Below are positions 19,242 to 28,825 of a stretch of DNA of 64,000 nt, one piece after another. Origin of the DNA: an uncultured Eubacterium sp. (lineage in GTDB: Bacteria > Bacillota > Clostridia > Oscillospirales > Acutalibacteraceae); NCBI RefSeq assembly GCF_945980375.1, contig NZ_CAMFQO010000006.1, positions 10,524-74,523 of the forward strand. Direction: 5' to 3'. Every line of letters starts with the position of its first letter. Positions within the stretch are counted from its first letter, which is position 1. The translations under genes were made by a program, and so were the position numbers. The notes below the pieces were generated by a model. The model made no database searches. It was not told the origin of the DNA and saw nothing but the letters and a program-made list of their open reading frames with translations.

Positions 19242-20459
19242 TTATTTTTTATAAACTGCCTTAATTCTTTCAATAGCTTCAACTGTCTTTTCGGCATTGC
19301 CAAAGGATGTCAGTCTGAAGTAGCCCTCGCCTGCAGGACCAAAGCCTGAGCCCGGTGTACCTACAACCTGACACTTTTCAAGTAATTCGTCAAAGAACTC
19401 CCAGCTTGTGTATCCCTGAGGTACTCTGAGCCATACATATGGGGAGTTTACACCGCCGTAGCACTCAAAGCCTGCATCCTTAAGTCCTTCAAAGATAACC
19501 TTTGCGTTCTTTTGGTAGTAAGCAAGGGTTTCCTTAATCTGCTTCTTGCCCTCTTCCGAATAGACAGCTTCTGCAGCTCTTTGCGTGATGTATGAAACAC
19601 CGTTGAACTTTGTAGCCTGTCTTCTTGCCCAAAGAGGATTGAGTGATGTGCCCTCAAATACAAGCTCCTTAGGTACTACCGTGTAGCCGCATCTCATACC
19701 TGTAAAGCCCGCTGTCTTTGAAAATGAACGAAGCTCAATGGCACAGGTCTTTGCACCCTCGATTTCGTAAATTGATTTTGGAATATCATCCTCAACAATA
19801 AAGCTTTCATAAGCAGAATCAAACAGAATGAGTGAATTGTGCTCGTTTGCATAGTCAACCCACTTTTTAAGCTGCTCTCTGTTTGCTACCATACCCGTTG
19901 GGTTGTTAGGGAAGCAAAGGTAAATTACATCGGGAACCTCTGCTGGAATGTCAGGAGTAAAGTTGTTTTCTGCTGTGCAAGGCATATAGATGATGTTGCT
20001 CCAAAGACCGTTTTCGTCCTTGTCACCGCTTCTGCCCGACATAACGTTTGTGTCAATATATACAGGGTAAACAGGGTCACAGATAGCAACCTTGTTGTCT
20101 ACCGAAAAGATGTCGCCGATGTTGCCGCAATCACTTTTTGCACCGTCGGAAAGGAAGATTTCGTCCTTTGCAATGTCAATGCCTCTGTCGGCATAGTCGT
20201 TCTTTTGGATAGCATCAAGAATAAAATCGTATCCGTACTCCGGCGGATATCCTCTAAAGGTAGCCTCACAAGCCATCTCATCAACAGCCTTGTGCATTGC
20301 ATCAATTACTGCAGGAGCAAGAGGCTTTGTAACGTCACCGATAGAAAGACGGATAACGTCTGCCTCCGGATGAGCAGCCTGATATTCTCTTTGCTTCTTT
20401 GCAACAGTAGAGAAAAGATAGCTTGACTCAATTTTCAAAAAGTTGTCATTAATCTTCAT
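19242..20459 (-). CDS. dapL: LL-diaminopimelate aminotransferase
   Basis: SYLFS.., [33 protein letters not shown] (PLP Lys), TPGSGFG; adjacent to dapF. Confidence 0.95.
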   Translation of the reverse strand: MKINDNFLKIESSYLFSTVAKKQREYQAAHPEADVIRLSIGDVTKPLAPAVIDAMHKAVDEMACEATFRGYPPEYGYDFILDAIQKNDYADRGIDIAKDEIFLSDGAKSDCGNIGDIFSVDNKVAICDPVYPVYIDTNVMSGRSGDKDENGLWSNIIYMPCTAENNFTPDIPAEVPDVIYLCFPNNPTGMVANREQLKKWVDYANEHNSLILFDSAYESFIVEDDIPKSIYEIEGAKTCAIELRSFSKTAGFTGMRCGYTVVPKELVFEGTSLNPLWARRQATKFNGVSYITQRAAEAVYSEEGKKQIKETLAYYQKNAKVIFEGLKDAGFECYGGVNSPYVWLRVPQGYTSWEFFDELLEKCQVVGTPGSGFGPAGEGYFRLTSFGNAEKTVEAIERIKAVYKK

Positions 20460-20486
20460 ATTTTTAACCTCCGTATAAATTACTGT

Positions 20487-21335
20487 TTATATTTCAACCT
20501 CGCCGTAAAATGCATATTCAGCCGGTCCGGTCATAATTATGCTGTCGTTTTCGTCACCGCTCCATTCGATTTGTAAATCTCCGCCAAGCAAATGGATTGT
20601 AACATTGTTGTCGCAGTAGCCGTTGAGTATTGCGGCTACGGCTGTTGCACAGGAGCCTGTACCGCAGGCAAGCGTTTCGCCTGCACCACGCTCATAAACT
20701 CTCATTTCAATATTGCTTCTGTCAACAATTTTGGCAAATTCAGCATTAACCCTGTCGGGAAAAATGTCTGTGCTTTGTTCTGCAATTTTTCCGTAATGAT
20801 TAAGGTCAAAATCCTTTGGGCTTTCGTCAATGAACATTACTGCATGCGGATTTCCCATTGATACGCAGGTCATCTTAAACTCTCTGTCATCAATGGTGAT
20901 AGGTTGATTGATGCATCTTTCACCGTTGGTGATAACGGGCACATCGCTTGCATTAAGTATAGGCTTGCCCATATCAACCCTTGCTGTAACGGCTTTGCCG
21001 TTAACAGTATTAACCTTAATCTTTTTTACGGCCCCCATTGATTCAACGGTGAATTCCTCGCCGTCGGTGTAGCCGTTGTCAAAAAGATATTTTGCAACAC
21101 AGCGAATACCGTTGCCGCACATAGCACCTCTTGAGCCGTCGGAGTTGTACATAACCATTTCGTAATCGGCAACGGTGCCTTTTTTGATTATTATAAGGCC
21201 GTCACCGCCGACGCTGAAGTGCCTGTCGGACAGCTTTTTAGCTGCCTCGCTTTCGTTTGGAATAGTTTGCTTCATACCGTCAACATAAATGTAGTCGTTG
21301 CCGGCACCGTGCATTTTTACAAAATTAATCCTCAT
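20487..21335 (-). CDS. dapF: Diaminopimelate epimerase
   Basis: KMHGAGND, MCGNGIRC, SMGNPH, ERGAGETLACGTG. Confidence 0.97.
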   Translation of the reverse strand: MRINFVKMHGAGNDYIYVDGMKQTIPNESEAAKKLSDRHFSVGGDGLIIIKKGTVADYEMVMYNSDGSRGAMCGNGIRCVAKYLFDNGYTDGEEFTVESMGAVKKIKVNTVNGKAVTARVDMGKPILNASDVPVITNGERCINQPITIDDREFKMTCVSMGNPHAVMFIDESPKDFDLNHYGKIAEQSTDIFPDRVNAEFAKIVDRSNIEMRVYERGAGETLACGTGSCATAVAAILNGYCDNNVTIHLLGGDLQIEWSGDENDSIIMTGPAEYAFYGEVEI

Positions 21336-21350
21336 GGTATCACCGCTTGA

Positions 21351-21866
21351 TTATGAAAATTTTGATATGATGTTTTTTGCAACATCAACCATTTTTATAC
21401 CTTTTTTCATGCTTTCGCTTTGCAGATATTTGTGAGCCTGCATTTCGCTCATGGAGTTAAGGCTCATTAAAATAGCCTTTGCGTTTGATATATACTCGCT
21501 GTCCTCTAAGTTTCTGTTTGTAAACGAGCTTTCGGTTGCAACAAGAATTTCTACGGTTCTTAAAAAATCATCCTTAATTAACGGAAGCGGCAGGCTGATG
21601 AGGTTGCCCAAATATTCCTCACGTCCGCTTTTGGAAAGAGCCACAACATCAAAGCCGGCGGGTACTCTCTCGGCTATTGCGGCAGCGCCCATGTCGTGCA
21701 GTATTGATGCACATACAATTACACCGCATCGCATATCCGCAGCAATACCAAGCGCGCTTGCACCTGTTGCACAGATGTGCGAAACGTAAAGACCGTCCGT
21801 CTCAAGAACGTTACGGAGTCGGATAGCCTTATCTCTGTTTGGATATGCAATAATAATGCTTTTCAT
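21351..21866 (-). CDS. ANTAR-domain protein with pseudo-receiver domain
   Basis: C-terminal ISNAKAILM..MSEMQAHKYLQSESM..G..M.DVA is the ANTAR pattern; N-terminal receiver-like fold lacking the phosphoacceptor Asp. Confidence 0.8.
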   Translation of the reverse strand: MKSIIIAYPNRDKAIRLRNVLETDGLYVSHICATGASALGIAADMRCGVIVCASILHDMGAAAIAERVPAGFDVVALSKSGREEYLGNLISLPLPLIKDDFLRTVEILVATESSFTNRNLEDSEYISNAKAILMSLNSMSEMQAHKYLQSESMKKGIKMVDVAKNIISKFS

Positions 21867-21924
21867 GGCCCTCTCTCCGTTTTAATTTTATACCTTGTAT
21901 ATATGTATATACAAAATATAAAAC

Positions 21925-21954
21925 ATTATAACATATTATATCGAAAAGTGGCAA
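21925..21954 (-). promoter_or_regulatory. Sigma-A-like promoter for the ANTAR-dap-pur operon
   Basis: On - strand TTGCCA-18 bp-TATAAT with TG extension. Confidence 0.55.
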
Positions 21955-22091
21955 TAGAAAATAAAGCAATATTTGATTAAAATTTTGTAACAAATATACA
22001 TCACATTTTATAGAATTTGTATATTTTCGACAAAATGCACAGATTTTATATTTTTTTTACAAATTCTTGTAACAAAATACACAAAAACCCC

Positions 22092-22120
22092 TTGAAAAAG
22101 TTATGTAATGGTGGTATCAT
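22092..22120 (+). promoter_or_regulatory. Sigma-A-like promoter for the glg operon
   Basis: TTGAAA-17 bp-TATCAT with TG extension. Confidence 0.6.
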
Positions 22121-22172
22121 AAAGTAAAAAATATATAGTGGGTTTAGTATGCCCTTTGCGAAAGGAAAAAAT

Positions 22173-24137
22173 ATGGGAAAAATTAAAGAGGAATACCAGC
22201 TTCCTGTGTATCTTTTTCATAACGGAACAAATTACAAGTCATATGAATTTTTCGGAAATCATACTCTTGATGACGGTAGGGTTGCCTTTAGAGTATGGGC
22301 ACCGAACGCTGAGGCTGTTTCTGTTGTAGGTGATTTCAATTCTTGGGACGCGCAGGCACACAAGTGCTTTCCGGTTGCACCGGGAATATGGGAAGCTATT
22401 ATTGATAATGTTAACGTTTACGATTGCTATAAGTATGCAATAAAAGCAAAGTCGGGCAAAACCTTGATGAAGGCAGACCCTTATGCAGTTCATCAGGAAA
22501 CAAGACCGGGCACGGGCTCAAAGGTGTATGAGCTTGGTCGTTATGAATGGAACGACGCAAATTGGCAGACCGACAAGAGCCGACAAAATATTTTGGAAAA
22601 GCCTGTTAATATTTATGAGGTCCATATGGGCTCGTGGAAGATGCATGATGACGGCAACTTCCTTACATACAGAGAAATGGCAGAGCAGCTTGTACCGTAT
22701 GTTAAGGAAATGGGCTATACTCATATCGAGATGCTGCCTATTATGGAGTATCCTTATGATGGCTCGTGGGGCTATCAGGTTACCGGATACTTTGCCGCAA
22801 CATCAAGATACGGCTTGCCGGAGGATTTGATGTACTTTGTTGACACCTGTCATAAAGAGGGAATAGGCGTAATCCTTGATTGGGTGCCTGCACATTTCCC
22901 GAAGGACGGCTTTGGCCTTTACGAATTTGACGGCTCCTGCTGTTATGAATACAGTGATATGAAAAAGGGCGAGCATAAGGAATGGGGAACAAGAGTTTTT
23001 GACTATGGCAAAAACGAAGTAAAATCGTTCTTGATTTCGTCTGCTGATTATTGGATAGAAAAGTTCCACTTTGACGGAATAAGGGTTGACGCGGTTGCTT
23101 CAATGCTTTACCTTGACTATGACAGAAAAGACGGCGAGTGGACTCCTAACAAGAACGGCGGAAGAGAAAATCTTGAGGCTGTCGATTTCTTCCGTCAGCT
23201 CAACACAACAATACTCACCAACCATCCGGGCACGATGATGATTGCAGAGGAAAGCACGGCTTGGCCGATGATTACCATGCCTCCGTCGGAGGGCGGTCTT
23301 GGCTTCAATTTCAAGTGGAATATGGGCTGGATGAACGATATGCTCAGATATTCCTCTATGGACCCTCTGTTCAGAAAGGGAAATCACAGCTGTATAACCT
23401 TCAGCTTCTTCTATGCCTTCAGCGAAAATTTTGTTTTGCCTATATCGCACGATGAGGTCGTTCACGGCAAGGCAAGCCTGCTTAATAAGATGCCGGGCGA
23501 TTACGATATGAAGTTTGAGGGGCTTCGCCTCTTCCTTGCATATATGATGGCTCATCCGGGCAAAAAGCTTTTGTTTATGGGCAGTGAGTTTGGTCAGTTT
23601 ATTGAGTGGAATTACGAGCAGGGGCTTGATTGGATTTTGCTTGGATATGATAAGCACAGGCTGACGCAGGATTATACAAAGGAGCTTAATAGGTTCTATA
23701 AGGAGCATAGCGAGCTTTGGGAGGTTGATTACAGCTGGGAGGGCTTCCAATGGATTTCCTCCGAGGATAACTGTAACAGCGTTATCGCCTTTAGAAGAAT
23801 AAACAAAAAGGGCGAGGAGCTTATTGCTGTGTTCAACTGGACCCCAAATAGCTTTAACAGCTATCGTATAGGTGTTCCCGACGAAGGCACATATAAGGTT
23901 GTGTTTGATACCGCCCTGCAAAAATACGGCGGAGATAAGCCAAGGCTTACAGGTACGTACAAATCTAAAAAGGGCTCAATCCACGGCTATGATCAGCACA
24001 TTGACCTTAAGCTTCACGGACTGTCTGCCGTGTTCCTTAAAAAGACAGCGGCAAAGCCTGCTAAAAAGGCACAGCCTGTAAAGGAAGATAAAAACACAGT
24101 GCAGGCAAAAAAGCCGACAAATAAAAAGAAAAAATAA
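22173..24137 (+). CDS. glgB: 1,4-alpha-glucan branching enzyme
   Basis: FRVWAPNA, YEVHMGSW, WGYQVTGY, DWVPAHF, GIRVDAVASMLY, AEEST, LSHDEVVHGK-like; start at ATG 22173 after AAAGGA. Confidence 0.97.
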   Translation: MGKIKEEYQLPVYLFHNGTNYKSYEFFGNHTLDDGRVAFRVWAPNAEAVSVVGDFNSWDAQAHKCFPVAPGIWEAIIDNVNVYDCYKYAIKAKSGKTLMKADPYAVHQETRPGTGSKVYELGRYEWNDANWQTDKSRQNILEKPVNIYEVHMGSWKMHDDGNFLTYREMAEQLVPYVKEMGYTHIEMLPIMEYPYDGSWGYQVTGYFAATSRYGLPEDLMYFVDTCHKEGIGVILDWVPAHFPKDGFGLYEFDGSCCYEYSDMKKGEHKEWGTRVFDYGKNEVKSFLISSADYWIEKFHFDGIRVDAVASMLYLDYDRKDGEWTPNKNGGRENLEAVDFFRQLNTTILTNHPGTMMIAEESTAWPMITMPPSEGGLGFNFKWNMGWMNDMLRYSSMDPLFRKGNHSCITFSFFYAFSENFVLPISHDEVVHGKASLLNKMPGDYDMKFEGLRLFLAYMMAHPGKKLLFMGSEFGQFIEWNYEQGLDWILLGYDKHRLTQDYTKELNRFYKEHSELWEVDYSWEGFQWISSEDNCNSVIAFRRINKKGEELIAVFNWTPNSFNSYRIGVPDEGTYKVVFDTALQKYGGDKPRLTGTYKSKKGSIHGYDQHIDLKLHGLSAVFLKKTAAKPAKKAQPVKEDKNTVQAKKPTNKKKK

Positions 24138-24155
24138 TTAGGGAGGATTTAATAT

Positions 24156-25361
24156 ATGTCTAAAACAGATGTAGTTGCTATGCTTCTTGCAGGCGGTCAG
24201 GGCAGTCGTCTCGGCGTTCTTACAAAAAGCGTTGCAAAGCCTGCCGTACCTTACGGCGGCAATTATCGCATTATTGATTTTCCGTTGTCAAACTGTGTAA
24301 ACAGCGGTATATACACCGTTGGTGTGCTTACCCAATATCAGCCTCTTGTGCTCAACGATTATTTGGGTAACGGTCATCCTTGGGATTTGGATAGATTGAA
24401 CGGCGGTGTGCATATCCTTTCACCGTATGAGGCAATCGGCGGTGCAGAGTGGTATAAGGGCACTGCAAATGCAATTTATCAAAACATTCCGTTTATTGAA
24501 AAATACGATCCCGAATATGTTGTTATCCTTTCGGGTGACCATATTTACAAAATGGATTATTCCAAGATGATTGAATTCCACAAAAAGAACGATGCCGATT
24601 GTACTATCGCTGTTCTTGAGGTACCGTGGGAGGAGGCATCTCGCTTCGGTATTCTTGCAACTGACGAAAACGATAAAATTTACGAATTTGCAGAGAAGCC
24701 GGCAGAGCCAAAGTCAAACAAGGCTTCCATGGGTGTGTATGTGTTCTCTTGGGATAAGCTTAAAAAATATCTTACCGAGGACGAGGCAGATGAAAATTCA
24801 TCTAACGACTTTGGTAAAAACATCATACCTAATATGCTGGATGACGGTCAGCGTATGTTTGCGTTCCCGTTCAAGGGATATTGGAAGGATGTTGGTACTA
24901 TTGATTCGCTGTGGGAGGCTAATCTTGATATAATCAATCCAAATGTAGAACTTGATTTGTCAGATACATCATGGAGAATTTACAGCCGTACTCCCGACGC
25001 GCCTCCGCATTACATAGGCGAAAATGCTGATATAGAAAATTCTTCTATTTCGGAGGGCTGCGATATTGACGGTACTGTTGAGTATTCTGTTATATCGTCA
25101 AAGGTTACGGTTGAAAAGGATGCTGAGGTTAGATTTTCCGTTATTATGCCGGGTGCTGTTATCAAAAAGGGAGCCAAGGTTTATTACTCAATCGTTGCAG
25201 AGGGTGCAGTGATTGAGGAGGATGCTCAAATAGGTGCTATTCCCGAGGATCTTGAGGATCCGTCTACATGGGGCGTTGCCGTTGTGGGTGCAAATGCAAC
25301 CATCACAAAGGGCAAAAAGGTTGCTCCAAAGGATATGATTGCATCAGGAGAGGAGGTATAA
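24156..25361 (+). CDS. glgC: Glucose-1-phosphate adenylyltransferase
   Basis: [46 protein letters not shown]. Confidence 0.97.
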   Translation: MSKTDVVAMLLAGGQGSRLGVLTKSVAKPAVPYGGNYRIIDFPLSNCVNSGIYTVGVLTQYQPLVLNDYLGNGHPWDLDRLNGGVHILSPYEAIGGAEWYKGTANAIYQNIPFIEKYDPEYVVILSGDHIYKMDYSKMIEFHKKNDADCTIAVLEVPWEEASRFGILATDENDKIYEFAEKPAEPKSNKASMGVYVFSWDKLKKYLTEDEADENSSNDFGKNIIPNMLDDGQRMFAFPFKGYWKDVGTIDSLWEANLDIINPNVELDLSDTSWRIYSRTPDAPPHYIGENADIENSSISEGCDIDGTVEYSVISSKVTVEKDAEVRFSVIMPGAVIKKGAKVYYSIVAEGAVIEEDAQIGAIPEDLEDPSTWGVAVVGANATITKGKKVAPKDMIASGEEV

Positions 25362-25363
25362 CT

Positions 25364-26485
25364 ATGAACGGAAAAAATGTACTCGGAATGATTTTTGCAA
25401 ACATTCGCGAAGAAACACTTGAAACTCTTACAGAAAAAAGAACTATGGGCTCCGTTCCTTTCTGTTCAAGGTACCGCCTTATAGATTTCCCGCTTTCAAA
25501 TATGGTTGAGAGCTCTGTTACAAAGGTGGGAGTTGTTACAAATTCAAATTTTAATTCGTTGATGGATCACGTCGGCACAGGTAAGCCGTGGGATTTGTCG
25601 CGTAAGACAGACGGATTGTATTTGCTGCCTCCTTATTCAATTAACTCTGTTACAATGTGGGGCAATAGGATTGATGCCATTTACGGCAATATGAGCTTTT
25701 TGGACCATTCAACACAGGAATATGTCCTTATGTCAGATTGCTATAATGTTATGAATATCGACTTTAACAAGGTGTTCGATGCTCACGAAAAAACAGGCGC
25801 AGACATCACCGTTGTAGGTGTAAAGGCAAAGAAGCCCGTATCCTTCAGTAATGTGCTTGTTTTTGATAAGGTTGAGGCAGACGGCAGAATTACCGACGCT
25901 TCTATAGACCCTAATGTTGATGAGGCATTCTATTCAACAAATATCATTCTTATGAAAAAGCAGTTGCTTGAAACGCTCGTTGCAACAGCTCATTCAAAGA
26001 ATGAGGTTTCCTTCCAGCGTAATATTCTTTTGGACAGCATTAAGACAAGGAAGGTATATTCATACGACGCAACCGATTGCTTTGTCGGCACTATTGACAG
26101 TATTCAAAGCTACTTTGATATTTCAATGAGTATTCTTGACAGAGAAAACAAGAAAAAGCTTTTTGCCCCCGAGCGTCCTATCTATACCAAGGAGCGTGAC
26201 GATATGCCTACCCTTTACGGTATGGAGGCAAATGTTAAAAATTCTCTTGTAGCAGACGGATGCGTAGTTAAAGGCACTGTTGAAAATTGCATCTTGTTTA
26301 AGGGTGTAATCATCAAGGAGGGTGCTGTTGTTAAAAACTCAATTCTTATGCAGGATACTGTTGTTGACGAAAATGCAAAGATTAACTATATTATTACCGA
26401 CAAGGATTGCTCTATAAAATCAGATGTAGAAATTTCCGGTGCCGCAAACTATCCTGTTTGCTTATCAAAGGGCACAAGAATTTAG
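25364..26485 (+). CDS. glgD: ADP-glucose pyrophosphorylase subunit GlgD
   Basis: R..GSVPF.SRYRLIDFPLSN, degenerate GlgC paralogue after glgC; start at ATG 25364 after GGAGG. Confidence 0.93.
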   Translation: MNGKNVLGMIFANIREETLETLTEKRTMGSVPFCSRYRLIDFPLSNMVESSVTKVGVVTNSNFNSLMDHVGTGKPWDLSRKTDGLYLLPPYSINSVTMWGNRIDAIYGNMSFLDHSTQEYVLMSDCYNVMNIDFNKVFDAHEKTGADITVVGVKAKKPVSFSNVLVFDKVEADGRITDASIDPNVDEAFYSTNIILMKKQLLETLVATAHSKNEVSFQRNILLDSIKTRKVYSYDATDCFVGTIDSIQSYFDISMSILDRENKKKLFAPERPIYTKERDDMPTLYGMEANVKNSLVADGCVVKGTVENCILFKGVIIKEGAVVKNSILMQDTVVDENAKINYIITDKDCSIKSDVEISGAANYPVCLSKGTRI

Positions 26486-26496
26486 GAGGATAAGAG

Positions 26497-27924
26497 ATGA
26501 AGGTATTATATGTAGCCTCCGAGGCTTTGCCGTTTATGGCATCCGGTGGCTTGGGCGATGTTGCAGGCTCGTTGCCTGTGGCACTGCGTAAGCGTCTTAT
26601 CGGTTGTCGTGTTGTTATGCCGCTTTATGATTCAATCAAGCAGGAATATAAGGACAAGATGAAGTTCATCACCTCAATTTCCGTTCCTGTTTCATGGCGT
26701 AGGCAGTATTGCGGTATCTTTGAGGCAAAGCATAACGGTGTAATTTACTATTTCCTTGATAATCAGTATTACTTTAAGCGTGACGGAATTTACGGTCATT
26801 ATGATGATGCAGAGCGCTTTGCTTTCTTTGCAAGAGCTGTGCTTGAGATTATTCCTCATATCGATTGGAAGCCTGATATTATCCATTGTAACGATTGGCA
26901 GTCTGCTCTCACTCCTCTTTATTATTCCTGCTATTATGCAAACCAAATGGGTTATGAGAATATAAAGACTGTGTTTACAATCCATAACATTCAGTATCAG
27001 GGCAAGTACGGTACAGAGCTTCTTAACGATGTGCTCGGTATCTCACCCGAATATAACAATTTGATTTTGTACGACGGACTCGTAAACTTTATGAAGGCGG
27101 GTATCGAATGTGCAAACAAGGTTACAACCGTATCTCCTACATATGCAAAGGAAATTCTTGACCCGTGGTATTCTCACGGCCTCGACCCTATCCTTAATCA
27201 GCGCAGCTGGAAGCTTTGCGGTATCCTTAACGGTATTGATGTGGAAAATTATAATCCCGAGACCGATAAGGCAATCAAGGCAAACTATAATGCTGACAAA
27301 TGGCAAAAGCAAAAGGCAGAGTGCAAAAAAGCATTGCAGGAGCAGATGGGTATGGCTGTCAGAGCCGATGTTCCCGTAATAGGTATTGTTTCAAGATTGG
27401 TAGGTCACAAAGGCCTTGATCTTATTCGTGAGGTTATGGAAAAGAGCCTTTGGGAAAGAGATGTTCAGTATGTCATTCTCGGCTCCGGCGAGTGGCAGTA
27501 CGAGAGCTTTTTCAGAGAGCTTCACAATAAATATCCTGACAAGGTCGGCGTTACAATCGGCTTTGTTCCGGACCTTGCCCGTAGAATTTATGCGGGTGCC
27601 GATTTGTTCCTTATGCCAAGCAAGAGCGAGCCTTGCGGACTCTCACAGATGGTTGCGCTTCGCTACGGCACTGTTCCTATCGTTCGTGAAACCGGCGGAC
27701 TTAAAGACTCTATCACCGATTCGGGCGACGGAGAGGGCAACGGCTTCACCTTCAAAACCTATGACGCTTACGATATGCTCGGTGCAATTTACCGTGGCAT
27801 AGAGGCATATAACAATAAGGATTATTGGCCGACACTTGTTGACCGTGCTTTGAGATGCGATATGTCTTGGGGCAAGTCCGCAAACGAATACATCAAAATG
27901 TATAAATCACTTCTTAAGAATTAA
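26497..27924 (+). CDS. glgA: Glycogen synthase
   Basis: SGGLGDV, HCNDWQ, TIHNI.YQG, PSKSEPCGLSQM, ETGGLKD. Confidence 0.97.
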   Translation: MKVLYVASEALPFMASGGLGDVAGSLPVALRKRLIGCRVVMPLYDSIKQEYKDKMKFITSISVPVSWRRQYCGIFEAKHNGVIYYFLDNQYYFKRDGIYGHYDDAERFAFFARAVLEIIPHIDWKPDIIHCNDWQSALTPLYYSCYYANQMGYENIKTVFTIHNIQYQGKYGTELLNDVLGISPEYNNLILYDGLVNFMKAGIECANKVTTVSPTYAKEILDPWYSHGLDPILNQRSWKLCGILNGIDVENYNPETDKAIKANYNADKWQKQKAECKKALQEQMGMAVRADVPVIGIVSRLVGHKGLDLIREVMEKSLWERDVQYVILGSGEWQYESFFRELHNKYPDKVGVTIGFVPDLARRIYAGADLFLMPSKSEPCGLSQMVALRYGTVPIVRETGGLKDSITDSGDGEGNGFTFKTYDAYDMLGAIYRGIEAYNNKDYWPTLVDRALRCDMSWGKSANEYIKMYKSLLKN

Positions 27925-27934
27925 GATAAACAAA

Positions 27935-27978
27935 AAGCTCCACATTGGTACTCAAGGTATCAATGTGGGGCTTATTTT
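27935..27978. terminator. Bidirectional intrinsic terminator after glgA
   Basis: AAGCTCCACATTGGTAC / GTATCAATGTGGGGCTT stem (with G-U pairs) flanked by A- and T-runs. Confidence 0.8.
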
Positions 27979-28182
27979 TCATTTACGCTTTTTAATTATA
28001 TGGCTTATCAGCAAAACCATTGCATTAAAAATTATCCAACCGATTACCGCAATTTCAATAAACATCCTCAACGGCACAGCGGTCAGCATATCGTTATAGG
28101 TGAGGCAAATATACGCTATGTATATCGCGGCGATGATGCTGCTTGTCACCGTTAAGGAGCCTATGATAATTTTGCTCTTCAC
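27979..28182 (-). CDS. Small two-TM hypothetical membrane protein
   Basis: 67 aa, two hydrophobic helices, basic tail KKRK; GTG start preceded by GAGGTGA; co-directional with upstream genes. Confidence 0.6.
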   Translation of the reverse strand: MKSKIIIGSLTVTSSIIAAIYIAYICLTYNDMLTAVPLRMFIEIAVIGWIIFNAMVLLISHIIKKRK

Positions 28183-28213
28183 CTTATCACCTCACGCAAT
28201 TCATCTGCTTTCA

Positions 28214-28813
28214 TTATATGTAATTTTCTGTGCTTTTGATGTATCGATCGATTACCTCAACTGCGTTGTCTAATCCGATTTTGCTTGCGTTTACTATTAG
28301 GTCGTAGTGGCGGGAGTCGCCCCACTTTTGCTTTGAATAATAGTTGTGGTAGTTTTTGCGGATTTTGTTTTCCTTTTCAACAAATACCTCTGCCTTTGCA
28401 AGCGACATCTCCTTTGTTTCGGCAATTCGCTCTATCCTTTTTTCAAGGTCACCGGTTATGAAAATTCGTACGACATTGCTGTAATCTCTAAGTATATAAT
28501 TTCCGCATCTTCCAAGTGCAATAAAGGATTCTCCTGCGTCTGCTTTTTCCTTAAGAAAATCAAATTGCATCTGTGCAACATTGTCCTCGGGAGAATTGCT
28601 GAATCCGTCTACTGAACGTGTAAACCAAATGTTCCTTTTCTTTTCGTCAAACTTTTTCAGCTCATCAAGGTTCAGTCCCTTTTCCTGTGCAATTAAGCTC
28701 AGCATATTATGGCCGTATACATTAATCCCGTAAAGCTTTGACAAAACATTTGAAATGTATCGTCCTCCGGAGCCGTATTCTCTGTCTATTGTAATTATAA
28801 TTTGCTTTGTCAT
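28214..28813 (-). CDS. Cytidylate kinase-like family protein (Cytidylate_kin2 type)
   Basis: IITIDREYGSGGR, GRCGNYIL, R.NYHNYY...WGD..HYDL; start at ATG 28813 after GAGGTG. Confidence 0.85.
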   Translation of the reverse strand: MTKQIIITIDREYGSGGRYISNVLSKLYGINVYGHNMLSLIAQEKGLNLDELKKFDEKKRNIWFTRSVDGFSNSPEDNVAQMQFDFLKEKADAGESFIALGRCGNYILRDYSNVVRIFITGDLEKRIERIAETKEMSLAKAEVFVEKENKIRKNYHNYYSKQKWGDSRHYDLIVNASKIGLDNAVEVIDRYIKSTENYI

Positions 28814-28825
28814 AGGTATCACCTC

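Noticed and set aside
21867-21924. ANTAR dual-hairpin target in the operon's own leader
   Set aside because: No paired hexaloop stems and no downstream terminator to antiterminate
23100-23921. 273-aa - strand ORF
   Set aside because: Antisense shadow of glgB; no motif, no RBS; explained by codon bias of the sense gene
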